From Candidatus Omnitrophota bacterium (GTDB taxonomy: Bacteria > Omnitrophota > Omnitrophia > Omnitrophales > Aquincolibacteriaceae), in contig JBAYGD010000005.1 of the NCBI GenBank assembly GCA_041666865.1, forward strand, positions 50,208-114,207: a DNA stretch of 64,000 nt. The letters are read 5' to 3'. Positions 46,401 through 54,941 of the stretch are shown here, in pieces. Each line of letters begins with the position of its first letter. Within the stretch, counting starts at the first letter, position 1. The position numbers and the translations under genes were made by a program. Below the pieces are notes generated by a model, which made no database searches, was not told the origin of the DNA, and was given only the letters and a program-made list of their open reading frames with translations.

Positions 46401-47656
46401 TTGTACAAATCGGAAATCTTTTCGGCGTCGTAGCCGTCCGTACCGCTCTCCTTGATCCCGTCGAGCGCCGCCTCCAGGGCACTCAACACCGACCCCTGAT
46501 CCATCGGAGTATACTGCGCGGCCATGCGAACTTTTGTGTACCAGGCCTTCTGCTGCGCCTGCTCCTGCTCTTCCTCGGTCACATTTTCTTGGGCGTCCTG
46601 TTTCGCGAACCCGCCGATTGCATTTTCGTAATTTTGGATAACTTTGAAGGCAGGCTCAAATTGGCTCATCGCCTTGTCCGCGGTATCCTTGACGGCATCC
46701 GAGGCCTTGGCCGCCTGGTCGTCGAGCTCGCTGAGCTTCTGGCGCAGTTCGGACTCGACCTGCTTTTTCTGCTGGACCTCGCCCTTGAGCTTGTTGAGTT
46801 CGGCAATAATCGCCATCTTCATATTCTCGCCCTCATTGCCCGCGCCCTTCAGATACCACCCCCCATAGGCTAGCTGCTCGTCCCACTCCCGTTGGACATA
46901 CGAGGCAATATCGACCTTCTGGATCCAGTCGACAAATCCGGCCGGATTGGTCTGGGGATCGTTCGCACCTAGAACCACCTTCATCTTGGCCTCAAGGGCC
47001 GTATCGAAGGCATAGTTCACCACGTACTCCCCGATGGCTTTCACGAGATCCTGAGCCAGCTTATACCAGCCCCAGCCCGGGACCAAATAAGCGACGATTT
47101 TGTCGCCGATCTTTTCCCCGAGCTTCCGGAGCCCGGCCTCTGTCCCTTTTTTGCTCCAGGCATCCAGGACATCCCACCCGATCTCGACCGCATCCAGGGC
47201 GCCCTTGACAGCGTTCATCTGGGTGTCAAGTTTGCTTTTCATGGTCGCGTCGACCTGCGACCAAATCCCACTCACCGTCTTTCCTTCCACGACCACCTGG
47301 TGAAGCATCGAGGGAATTTCCGCTTTGAAGAGGTCCGACTTGAGACGTGCTTTCGCGTACTCGAGGAGCTTCGCCTTGATCGTATCTTTCACGAGCTTGA
47401 CGGACTGCTTCTGGATGCGCTCCCTGCCCTTGGTCAAAATGTACTGGACCTTCTGCTGATCCGACATGCCGCTCATCTCGTCGAGGTCTTTGACGAGGTT
47501 CGTAAACTGCTTGATCAGTTCCTGGGCCGCTTTGCCCGCCGCAGTTTTTTCGAACGGTTTTTCTTCGGCAAAAGCGCAGGGGTTCAGAGACAGGAAAGCA
47601 ACAAGCAAGAAGCTGGCGGCTCCCTTCAAGGCTTCGCGCAAAATATTCCTTTCCAT
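43469..47656 (-). CDS. giant secreted helical/coiled-coil protein, paralog B (1395 aa), unknown family
   Basis: Signal peptide (…AASFLLVAFLSLNPCAFA-EEKP). N-terminal block collinear with A and C (YLVPGWGWYKLAQDLVKAIGEYVVNYAFDTALEA). E/R/K-rich linker (DEEERRRREEDEAERKKKEEETRKAE). C-terminal module is 70-80% identical to A by eye. Confidence 0.8.
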   Translation of the reverse strand: MERNILREALKGAASFLLVAFLSLNPCAFAEEKPFEKTAAGKAAQELIKQFTNLVKDLDEMSGMSDQQKVQYILTKGRERIQKQSVKLVKDTIKAKLLEYAKARLKSDLFKAEIPSMLHQVVVEGKTVSGIWSQVDATMKSKLDTQMNAVKGALDAVEIGWDVLDAWSKKGTEAGLRKLGEKIGDKIVAYLVPGWGWYKLAQDLVKAIGEYVVNYAFDTALEAKMKVVLGANDPQTNPAGFVDWIQKVDIASYVQREWDEQLAYGGWYLKGAGNEGENMKMAIIAELNKLKGEVQQKKQVESELRQKLSELDDQAAKASDAVKDTADKAMSQFEPAFKVIQNYENAIGGFAKQDAQENVTEEEQEQAQQKAWYTKVRMAAQYTPMDQGSVLSALEAALDGIKESGTDGYDAEKISDLYKHYQEVRTKAIQKSSEDIANKIEASSKVLEQLSAQYLPQLRSIGDQMNAARDEAHRNALAAQYNAISNAWSNAATPHFNVVNAWILHSEQAKDIEVLAAKEQVAYAGAAERAAKKRQEIVTKLGEAAEKLNSAVEGYAQSRNELEAAVGALNYAGAWRSPDFLESMVNALSGEYEWVGDVVKAREGLLRQKDAITADVAAAGPLHAKEKENFEKFYATAMEVLKVYRSVIPKALILQEGPTNDAVEAFCFMNRFYAPWGSELLSEVWYESGGVVIYRVWGYMPAADYRTFLAKNPYEADKALRALQPKITEAENLSYPDELAKIFLSVMTRVTETRIMMMLPDRTVDDEKRKADEATPYQYNDSAHMFVVPENSEGAKYLAELKAAWEANKELVDRLDKLRKKIGRAVKYKFDFYDHTYRLLDAWDSVPERIRIYEAALERGKKSYEDRTALSEKYLTEARQEFDRIVKETIAAYRPDRLKPVLANAKNGAQLTGVWLTHGGTDHLKAVNAGWGKLKEDVEKAINEAVKQSEEDKKKFDDQMRRDEEERRRREEDEAERKKKEEETRKAEMKDYRLLDTRLNTRSLQNASGDVIATPADLRSGAFEVTARLDTIDGVRTLLVSEGNGGSWNEIPVNSDILYRFVPAPERLYQPVLKIKNAAGGEASIPFFPNINGILYRSINYEKLLMETVTKIAEAYETQDLARFERLVSRDFLGNRVFLSEGVRFDFDMFMSIRLALYINRIEMRGNTFVAETKWDKTQTPRKTGQEQKTSGRTAMIFVFEDGEMKIQNLRGNLIYATLSPQIAESSGLSQTAVDEIRIAQEQREPVQPGAGTTEDSGGLASGATNIETGTFSLVQTTGHPAAGWIQEYRFSSKQVAAIDNFGPVYDFRRREGWMEVNASNGVLDMGAVDINGVKEVPESGYATSISATAGNTYAIRLADGTFALVQSTAWGDVPMPYTTTFHYRHQKNGTRSFT

Positions 47657-47759
47657 ACCGACACCCTTTCGACACCTTGTTTTTTCTCAGCCCTCTTTAC
47701 AAAAGAACCGGACAAAATAAGGATGAAATTGTAACACGAGAAATCCGCCGGGCGAATGG

Positions 47760-47816
47760 CAATTTGTGGAAGCCCGCGGGGCGGGAATGCTATAATACTC
47801 CCCTTCAAAAAGGAGC
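47760..47816 (+). promoter_or_regulatory. candidate promoter and RBS of giant gene C inside the B/C divergent intergenic region
   Basis: TATAAT at 47791-47796. AAAGGAG at 47809-47815, 6 nt before ATG 47822. A back-to-back TACAAT-like -10 for gene B lies on the minus strand at 47738-47743. Confidence 0.4.
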
Positions 47817-47821
47817 CCCAT

Positions 47822-50800
47822 ATGAAAATGATCCGAACCCTCGCCCTATTGACTTTCGCTACCCTCTTATGCGGCGGAACCCCGCCGCCGCTTTTTGCCG
47901 AAGAAGAGGAAAGCCTTACGTCGAAGGCCGCTTCCGGCCTTCTCGACAGCCTTCCCGATTATTTCTCGGATGTGGAAGCGATGAGGAACATGACGGCGAG
48001 CCAGCGGGTCGACTACGTTCTGACCAAGGCCGAAGACAGGATCAAGGAAAAGATCGCGGCTAAATTCCAGGACGACATGAAAAAGGGCGCCGTTGAATAC
48101 GCCAAAGCGGCCTGGCGGGCGAAGGCCTTTATGGAAATTGCCATGCCGAAGATCCGAAGCGCCATCCTGATGGACCCCAAGGCCCCTAAGTTCGACTGGT
48201 CCACAATCGACGCCGAGCTCAATCATGAGGTCGAGGTCAAGGCCAATCTGGCCGTCAAGGCCATCGACACGGCCATGTTCACCTATGAGATTTACCAAAA
48301 AGCGAGCCAGGACGGCGCCTTCGAGGCCTTCAAGGCGGCCAGCTCGAAGGTTTACGATTCTCTGGCCGGTTCGTACATCCCCGGCTGGGCTTACACTAAA
48401 ATCGGCGTCGAAATGGTCAAGTTCCTCGGCAATTTCATTCTCGACTATGCGACGGACACCGCCATCGAAGGCATGATGGAAGCCATGTACGACATCAAGA
48501 GCAATCCCGGCGGGCTCGCCAAGTGGCTCGTCGACAAATCCCCGGCCGAAATTGCAAAGGACGTCGACAGCAAATGGGAGTTCGTGCAAAGCGGCTATCT
48601 ATACAAAGGCCAGGGAACCGACAAGGCCGACGACGCGATGAGACAGAGGATCACGGATACGCTCGTCAGCATGCGCGGAGAGATCCTCGTCAAAATGAAG
48701 GAGGCCGAGCAAAAAGAGGCGGAGGCGCGAAGCCGGGCCGAGGGTTACCTGCGCGACGCCAAAAACGCCGAGGACCGCATCCGCGAAACCGGGAAAAAGG
48801 CCGAAACCGCCGCGGCGCCCGCCCTGTCGGCCATTCGGGACTTCAAGTCGAAAGTTTTGGGAATCAAAAAGCAGGAAGCCGAGGTCCGGGTCGCCGAGGC
48901 CGAGAAGATTTTTCAGGCCAGCTCGTCTGGAACCAAAAGCGCAAAGTCGGTGTATGTTCCCCTGCCTCGCGCGGCCATTGTCGGAGCCCTCGAAAAAGCG
49001 CTCGCCGAAATCCAAGAATCCGGAACCTCGGGTTATGACGCGCAAAAAATGAATGACGCCTATACCGCCTATCAAAAATACCGGGAAATCGCGCTCGCAG
49101 ACGCGAACACGGCCGCCTCGAGAGACTTCAACCAAGCCAGCCTCATGGATCCGGACCTGAAGCTTTTGGCCGCCGAAGAGGCTGCCGCATGGGCCGCCGC
49201 CGAGGAGCGCGCAGGCAAGATGGGAGCAAAAATCGAAGAGGGCATCCGGGCACTGAACGCAAAAATGCTCGCGGCACTCAAGGAGCTCGAGCAAGGCTTG
49301 CAAACAATCACCCGGGACATGCCGGGCGAGCTCAATTTTCCGGAGGCTCTCACCGACCACCGCTATGTGGAGAAAATCCTGGAAGCGACTTACAGGCCTT
49401 CGCGGCGGCCCGGAGACTACCAAACGACCCTGGGCGTCTGCGAAGAGGTCCTCGAAAAGGTGAAGCGCGACAAAGCCGTCATGGTCCGGTTTGCCGGGGT
49501 CAAAAAGCAGCTCTACGCAAAATACAAGAATACGATCCGCGAAATCCGGGATGAATTCACCCGGCTCGTTCCGGCCAAAATTGCCCGGATCACCGTGACC
49601 GAAGCTTCGGGGGCCGAAACCTACCAGCTCGCACTCGAGCCTTTTCAGTCCATCGTCAAGCTTCCGAGAGGCCCGGATTTTATCGCGACCATGGTGCAAG
49701 CCCCGGATTCCTGGGGTTTGATCGACCTGGAAGCCGATATGAAAGAACCGGACAAACTGGCCGCGGACTATGCCCCGGTCTTTGAGGCATTGGAAAGACG
49801 CCTCGAGGAAGCGCGCACCCTGGCGGGAAAAGACAAGCTGGCCGTCGAATTCACCAAAACCTTCACCGCCGTCGCCGCCGACCCCGCCCTGCGCGAAGCC
49901 CTCGAGCGCGACGCGGCGCGAGACATCGCCCGCGCCGAAGAAATCTTCCCCTTGGAATCGAACGGCACGGTGATGACGGTCCTTCCCAAAAAATCCGAAG
50001 GCGCCCGGTACCTCGAGGGACTGAAAGACGGCTTTCAAAAACACTCGGGAGCCATCAAGCGCCTGACCGAACTTCGGGAGCGCATTCAAAACGACGTCCT
50101 TTACGCCATGAATTTTCAGGGCAGTTTTTACGCCCCTCTCGACCGTCTCAACTCAATCCCGGAACGCATCCGGGCGTATGAGGCGGGGTTGGAGCAGGCC
50201 GAGAAAGACTACCGGGCCGCCGTCAGCAAAGCCGCCCTCGAATCGAAGAATGCCCGCGAGGCCCTCGAACTTCTCCGAAAAGATTCCGCCATGAAAACCC
50301 CCGACAAGATCGAACGGCTGAAAGGGCTCAAGCAGAGCGCGTCGCTCGCGGCCGAAAGACAGAAGGCATGGGACGCCTCGCCGGAACTGGCCGCCGTCGT
50401 CCAAGGCTGGCCGGTGCTTGTCGCGCAAATCAACGGTGAAATTTCCGCGCTGGAGAAGCAGGCGGCCGCCGACGAAGAAGAGAAAAAACGCGTCCTTGAG
50501 GAAAGCGCCCGCAAATCCCGCGAGGCCGAGCAAGCGAGAAAACGTGAAGAGCAGATGAAGTTCCTGGAGCAGAGCCGCCGGGAAGAGGAACGCCGGCGCC
50601 AGGAATCATCGCAACAAGCCGCAGAAGCTGCCCCGGCTAACGCGGAGCAACTCGTCGCCGAAGCTATGAAAAAAATCGCCGACGCCTATGAAGCCCAGGA
50701 CCTCAACCGTTTCGGCGATTCGATTTCGCGGGATTTTTTAGGCAGCAAGGCAACGCTCCTCGACGGAGTCCGCCAGGATTTCGATTGCTTCAGCGGCGTC

Positions 50801-51514
50801 CGGCTCGCCCTTTACATCAACCGGATCCAAAAAAACGGCGGCCAATATGCGGCCGACGTCCGCTGGGACAAAAACCAAATCGCCAAAAAAAACGGGCAGG
50901 GGCAGAAAATCAGCGGGAATACGACGTTTCTCTTCGTCCTGGAGGACGGCGCCATGAAGGTCAAAAGCCTCAAGGGCAGCCTGCTCTACGCGTCCTTGTC
51001 CGTGGAAATTGCCGAATCGAGCGGCCTGAGCTCGAAAGCGGTCGAGGAGGTCCGAAAGGCCCGAGAGGAGGATGGGACCGTTCCCCCCACCGCAGAAACG
51101 AACCAGCCTTCTTCCTCAGCTTCCGCCCAGAATCAGCAGCCGATGCTCGAAGTCCGCCGCGGCACGGTTCGCTCGTCCCAAAACTTAGGCTCTTTCAGTT
51201 TCGACTTTTCAGGAGGCTCCGAGGGGCCTACCCGCTCAGGCGATGTCGATTTTGAGGAAAATATCTTTCTGCCGGTTGGCTCCGTCAGCCTTCAGAAAGT
51301 GAACGGGTCCTTTGACCAGCTCAACATGGCCCCCGACTCGGGCTATTCGCAGGACACCTTCATCCTCGAAAGCGGGGATGTCATCGCTTTTATCACGCAG
51401 GAAGGCTACTACGGAAAACTCAGGATCACCTCCGTGAATACCGGATCGGACTCTCAGTGCAGTTTCGAATACGCCCTGCAGACCGACCGCTCCTACGACC
51501 TTCGGACCCGTTAG
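47822..51514 (+). CDS. giant secreted helical/coiled-coil protein, paralog C (about 1230 aa from ATG 47822), unknown family
   Basis: Signal peptide MKMIRTLALLTFATLLCGGTPPPLFA-EEE. N-terminal block homologous to A and B (SYIPGWAYTKIGVEMVKFLGNFILDYATDTAIEG). The C-terminal NTF2-like block (ADAYEAQDLNRFGDSISRDFLG...IRLALYINRIQ...WDKNQ...GQGQKISGNTTFLFVLEDGAMKVKSLKGSLLYASLS) and the final beta domain are more divergent. The listed ORF starts at 47756, upstream of the promoter. Confidence 0.8.
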   Translation: MKMIRTLALLTFATLLCGGTPPPLFAEEEESLTSKAASGLLDSLPDYFSDVEAMRNMTASQRVDYVLTKAEDRIKEKIAAKFQDDMKKGAVEYAKAAWRAKAFMEIAMPKIRSAILMDPKAPKFDWSTIDAELNHEVEVKANLAVKAIDTAMFTYEIYQKASQDGAFEAFKAASSKVYDSLAGSYIPGWAYTKIGVEMVKFLGNFILDYATDTAIEGMMEAMYDIKSNPGGLAKWLVDKSPAEIAKDVDSKWEFVQSGYLYKGQGTDKADDAMRQRITDTLVSMRGEILVKMKEAEQKEAEARSRAEGYLRDAKNAEDRIRETGKKAETAAAPALSAIRDFKSKVLGIKKQEAEVRVAEAEKIFQASSSGTKSAKSVYVPLPRAAIVGALEKALAEIQESGTSGYDAQKMNDAYTAYQKYREIALADANTAASRDFNQASLMDPDLKLLAAEEAAAWAAAEERAGKMGAKIEEGIRALNAKMLAALKELEQGLQTITRDMPGELNFPEALTDHRYVEKILEATYRPSRRPGDYQTTLGVCEEVLEKVKRDKAVMVRFAGVKKQLYAKYKNTIREIRDEFTRLVPAKIARITVTEASGAETYQLALEPFQSIVKLPRGPDFIATMVQAPDSWGLIDLEADMKEPDKLAADYAPVFEALERRLEEARTLAGKDKLAVEFTKTFTAVAADPALREALERDAARDIARAEEIFPLESNGTVMTVLPKKSEGARYLEGLKDGFQKHSGAIKRLTELRERIQNDVLYAMNFQGSFYAPLDRLNSIPERIRAYEAGLEQAEKDYRAAVSKAALESKNAREALELLRKDSAMKTPDKIERLKGLKQSASLAAERQKAWDASPELAAVVQGWPVLVAQINGEISALEKQAAADEEEKKRVLEESARKSREAEQARKREEQMKFLEQSRREEERRRQESSQQAAEAAPANAEQLVAEAMKKIADAYEAQDLNRFGDSISRDFLGSKATLLDGVRQDFDCFSGVRLALYINRIQKNGGQYAADVRWDKNQIAKKNGQGQKISGNTTFLFVLEDGAMKVKSLKGSLLYASLSVEIAESSGLSSKAVEEVRKAREEDGTVPPTAETNQPSSSASAQNQQPMLEVRRGTVRSSQNLGSFSFDFSGGSEGPTRSGDVDFEENIFLPVGSVSLQKVNGSFDQLNMAPDSGYSQDTFILESGDVIAFITQEGYYGKLRITSVNTGSDSQCSFEYALQTDRSYDLRTR

Positions 51515-51541
51515 AACGCGCCCATACGAAAAGAGGCTCTT

Positions 51542-52975
51542 CTAAGCAGCCTTCGAATCCTGCACGCCCATCCTGTCGGGAAAATCCATGTGCCGCGTTT
51601 TAGGCAATAAAATCACCATGCGCTTGCCTGACGTGTAATAGGGATCACCGGTGAGATTGGCTGCAGGCTTGTCTTCCGTACTTGGAGGGACACCCGTCGC
51701 GACGGCGAATTTTTCGATCCGGTGCCAATAGAGCAGGTCCGAAAAAGTGTAAAGCGCCGCTTCGTCGATATCGGGGTCGATTTTGTGAGTCGTCAGATTC
51801 CACGTCTTGGTCGTCAAGCGGACCCCGATATCACGGCTCACGGAGCCCACCCAGACGGGTTTCCCCTGATACCGCAGCGGGCTGGACCAAAGCCTCAGGT
51901 GCATCCTCTCGTTGATGGTGTCACGGGCCTTCTGGAACGCAATATCCTGGCTGCGGCCGTATAAGAAGAGCGGGCTGACCGGCGAGTATTCGTACCGTTT
52001 AGCGAAAAGGACGGATTGGACCATTTTCCAGGACGTCGCCAGGGAAATGATTTCCGTTTCGGCCCATTTTGCCGCAGAAAACGAAGCGAGAAGATCGTCG
52101 AGCTCTCCGATCATGACCAGATTGACGGGGTCCCCGCTCTTCGTTTTCTTTCGATTCGTCATGCAGCTCGGCAGTTCCTCCACAGCCTTCATCAGGGCGG
52201 CCTCGTCGCGCAGCTCCATCATCTGATCCTTCGCATAGTAGGTCTCGAGCTCGTGACCGCGGTAGTCCTGCTTGATTCCCGGGACCGGGATGAAGAAAAA
52301 AAAGCTCGTGCATTTGTCCGCGCCCGTCTTCAGCGCATCGGCGTATAAATCAACGGGGATCTCCTTTGTTCCGAGGCCCAGGGGAATAAAAACAAATCCG
52401 GAGCGCGTTTCCTTCGGCGGGATCCATCCGTATTTGAGCGACTGCTTCTGGAATGCCGCACGCATCCTCTCATTGGCCCGGCCTGTCAGCATCGTATCGA
52501 ACGGAAGAAAAAGGGTTCGAAGCAGATCCACCAAAAACTCCGGCAGAACTTTCCCCGATACCCGGTAACCGATATGATATTGCGATTTGAAGGCCGCCTC
52601 GCCGGGGGTGTAGTACTCGGGGTCCACCGCGCGTTCCATGAAAAAGTACGAGTGTTCGGGATCGTTATTCTCGATCTTGATCCAGACGGGAAGGATCTTA
52701 CTCGCCGCGAGATTGACCCCGAAGGTCTTTTTACTTTCTTCGGGCCCGAGCCCGACCACGCTCACCTTGAGAGGGCCCTTCTCCTGCGTCGCCAGGCGGC
52801 TGAAGTAAGCCGCCTGGGGATCGAAAACGGGCTTGTACGACGCGCAGCCGCCGGAAACAAAACACAGCAGCAGGGCAACCGCGCAAATCGCCCTCCGGAT
52901 TGAGCGGCCTTTGCGAAGTCCCTTTTTACCGTGCCTTACTCCTAAAAGATTTGACGCGTTTTTCATTCGTGCCAT
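51542..52975 (-). CDS. large lipoprotein of unknown function (possibly LssY C-terminal-like domain)
   Basis: Start placed at MARMKNASNLLGV... with lipobox LLCFVSGGCAS. The gene starts 3 nt after the upstream gene's stop. The domain guess is from memory only. Confidence 0.45.
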   Translation of the reverse strand: MARMKNASNLLGVRHGKKGLRKGRSIRRAICAVALLLCFVSGGCASYKPVFDPQAAYFSRLATQEKGPLKVSVVGLGPEESKKTFGVNLAASKILPVWIKIENNDPEHSYFFMERAVDPEYYTPGEAAFKSQYHIGYRVSGKVLPEFLVDLLRTLFLPFDTMLTGRANERMRAAFQKQSLKYGWIPPKETRSGFVFIPLGLGTKEIPVDLYADALKTGADKCTSFFFFIPVPGIKQDYRGHELETYYAKDQMMELRDEAALMKAVEELPSCMTNRKKTKSGDPVNLVMIGELDDLLASFSAAKWAETEIISLATSWKMVQSVLFAKRYEYSPVSPLFLYGRSQDIAFQKARDTINERMHLRLWSSPLRYQGKPVWVGSVSRDIGVRLTTKTWNLTTHKIDPDIDEAALYTFSDLLYWHRIEKFAVATGVPPSTEDKPAANLTGDPYYTSGKRMVILLPKTRHMDFPDRMGVQDSKAA

Positions 52976-52977
52976 AC

Positions 52978-53622
52978 TCAAAACGGTGAATTGATCACGA
53001 CATAGGATACCTGCCCGTCCTGACTCACCTCTTGCACCCATGTGGAACCGCATTGATAATACGTCTGGCCATCCACCGTCATCGAACTACAGTCGTCGCT
53101 TACCGAGTAGAATTCAGCCGTATCCAGGGTCGCCCCGATCACCGCACCGGAAAGCACCGCTAGCCTGCGGGCGGCGGCCGCAGGATATCCGGACCCGCCG
53201 TGGGCATAATCGTCATAATCCGAGAGGGTTTCCTGACGGTCCTGCTGCCGCTCGAGAGCGTCTTGGCGCAGGTCCTCCCGGTTGTCGGAGTTCTGCGACC
53301 GCACCTCACGGTTTTGAGGTCTATCCGAGGCTAACTGCCGGCTCTCCCGGGCCACCAGGTCCTTCGGCGGAGGATTGGCCGGCTTTTCCGGCAGGTTTCC
53401 TGACCGTCCGGCGGGGCTGCTCCCCTGCCTTCCGGAAGGCGCTCTGCCGCTCTTTCCGCTGCCGCTAAAACTCCCGCTGCTTGCGGCTCCGCCACGGGAA
53501 TATCCCCCGCCGCCACCGCCACGGCCCCCGCGAGCATAGGCATCGGTCACGCAAAGGGCAACCATCGCCAAAAAAAGCAGCGCTCCCAAAAAAAATCCTT
53601 CGAGCCGTTTGCGCGACGTCAT
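52978..53622 (-). CDS. secreted Gly/Ser/Arg-rich low-complexity protein with small Cys-containing C-terminal domain
   Basis: 214 aa. Signal peptide, then RGGRGGGGGGYSRGGAASSGSFSGSGKSGRAPSGRQG..., then a QD/RE-rich stretch. C-terminus ...CSSMTVDGQTYYQCGSTWVQEVSQDGQVSYVVINSPF. Confidence 0.55.
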   Translation of the reverse strand: MTSRKRLEGFFLGALLFLAMVALCVTDAYARGGRGGGGGGYSRGGAASSGSFSGSGKSGRAPSGRQGSSPAGRSGNLPEKPANPPPKDLVARESRQLASDRPQNREVRSQNSDNREDLRQDALERQQDRQETLSDYDDYAHGGSGYPAAAARRLAVLSGAVIGATLDTAEFYSVSDDCSSMTVDGQTYYQCGSTWVQEVSQDGQVSYVVINSPF

Positions 53623-54458
53623 GAGACCTCCCCCTCCGCCATCTCCGGCGTTTCACTCACGTCCGTTTTTTGCACGGGCGAAAACGCGATCTTTTTCGCT
53701 TCCTGCGGCGGCTCAAACGCAAAGAGAGCTTCCGCCGTTTCGGGCGAAAAGTTCCAGTGGCTGAATTGAGCCCAAAACTGAGGTCTGCCCGCGACATGTT
53801 TGTACGTAATCACGACGCGTTGGGGCAGCGGCTGATCGCCCTTCGCGACCCAAACCTGCATATCGACCTCTGTCCCCCGCAGCGCCAGGTGATCGCAGAG
53901 AACGCCGGCAATTACGGATTCTTCCACGATCGCGGCTTCCCGCGCCTCTCGGATCAAACCTTCTTTGAGGCGGGTCGACAACATTTCGGCAAGCGGAACT
54001 CTCACTTCGAGATCCTTGGTCAAGTGCCGGATCACCTCGTCGACATCGCCGTCAATTGGCTCAATCGCGTAAACTTGTCCGCTCTCTTCATAGAGAGCGG
54101 CCCTCTGGCCATCAAAGGTCAGCGTGCTTTTTTCCCCGCTGCGCTTGGCGGTGTCCACGCGCAGATGATTGGGCCGTTCGAGAAGAACCTCGCGGGTCTC
54201 CCCGAACTCGATCTTCTGGCCGGAGTCCTGGACGGCATCAAAACCCATGTCAATCGTAACGCTAAACTTCGGCGCACCCGCAAGCGAATCGGCCATGTGG
54301 CCGACGACGGCCATCGCTTGGGACATTTCTTCAGCATCGCCGGCGGGAGGAGCCGGTTCGGCTCCGGCAAGCGTCCCCGCCAATACGGTCATCCCGGCAA
54401 AAGCCGTCACCCCCGAAAAAATTGTCTTTACGTTCATGAGCGACCTTGAGATCCTCAT
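53619..54458 (-). CDS. DUF2092 / LolA-like periplasmic protein
   Basis: Start placed at MRISRSLMNVKTIFSGVTAFAGMTVLAGTLAGA (signal). The start abuts the stop of the Cys-rich gene, and the stop overlaps the start of the Gly-rich gene by 4 nt. Confidence 0.5.
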   Translation of the reverse strand: MRISRSLMNVKTIFSGVTAFAGMTVLAGTLAGAEPAPPAGDAEEMSQAMAVVGHMADSLAGAPKFSVTIDMGFDAVQDSGQKIEFGETREVLLERPNHLRVDTAKRSGEKSTLTFDGQRAALYEESGQVYAIEPIDGDVDEVIRHLTKDLEVRVPLAEMLSTRLKEGLIREAREAAIVEESVIAGVLCDHLALRGTEVDMQVWVAKGDQPLPQRVVITYKHVAGRPQFWAQFSHWNFSPETAEALFAFEPPQEAKKIAFSPVQKTDVSETPEMAEGEVS

Positions 54459-54925
54459 GTTCCCATCTCCTTCTTCTGCCCAAGATCGCCGCCAGAAGCT
54501 TTGAGAGCCTGATTGCATTTTGAGGAAATCTTTCCCTTGTTCACCTCAAGACACGCCAAAATGCGGCCGGCCCCTGCCTCGACCTTGGGACAAACCGCCG
54601 CGATATCCTTCGTGCAGGCCTCGGAAAATGCGTCCATATTTTCAGCAGCGTTGCGGAATTCCTTGGACGATTCATAGAGAGCGCTTTCGCAGGTTTGAGA
54701 AAGCTTGTCGCCGTGAGCGTAGATGCACGCAGCCAAGCGGCCCTCGCCGGGCGTGACGTTTTGACAGTACTTGTCGAGCTCGGCCTGACAGCCCGCCACC
54801 AGCTTGGCGGCGGTCTTCGTTGCAAATTTCTCCACCGGGCCCTGTCCTTCTGCCGCCTGTACGGGCAAGCAGGACAACACAAGCACCAGCAGAACCGTGG
54901 CTAGCGTGATTCTCTTTTTCATCAT
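54455..54925 (-). CDS. secreted cysteine-rich-repeat protein (Cys_rich_FGFR-type repeats)
   Basis: 156 aa. Signal peptide, then repeats CQAELDKYCQNVTPGEGRLAACI / CTKDIAAVCPKVEAGAGRILACL matching the C-x8-C-x5-G-x-G-R-[IL]-x2-C[IL] pattern. Confidence 0.7.
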   Translation of the reverse strand: MMKKRITLATVLLVLVLSCLPVQAAEGQGPVEKFATKTAAKLVAGCQAELDKYCQNVTPGEGRLAACIYAHGDKLSQTCESALYESSKEFRNAAENMDAFSEACTKDIAAVCPKVEAGAGRILACLEVNKGKISSKCNQALKASGGDLGQKKEMGT

Positions 54926-54941
54926 TGTCTCCTTTTTTTTC

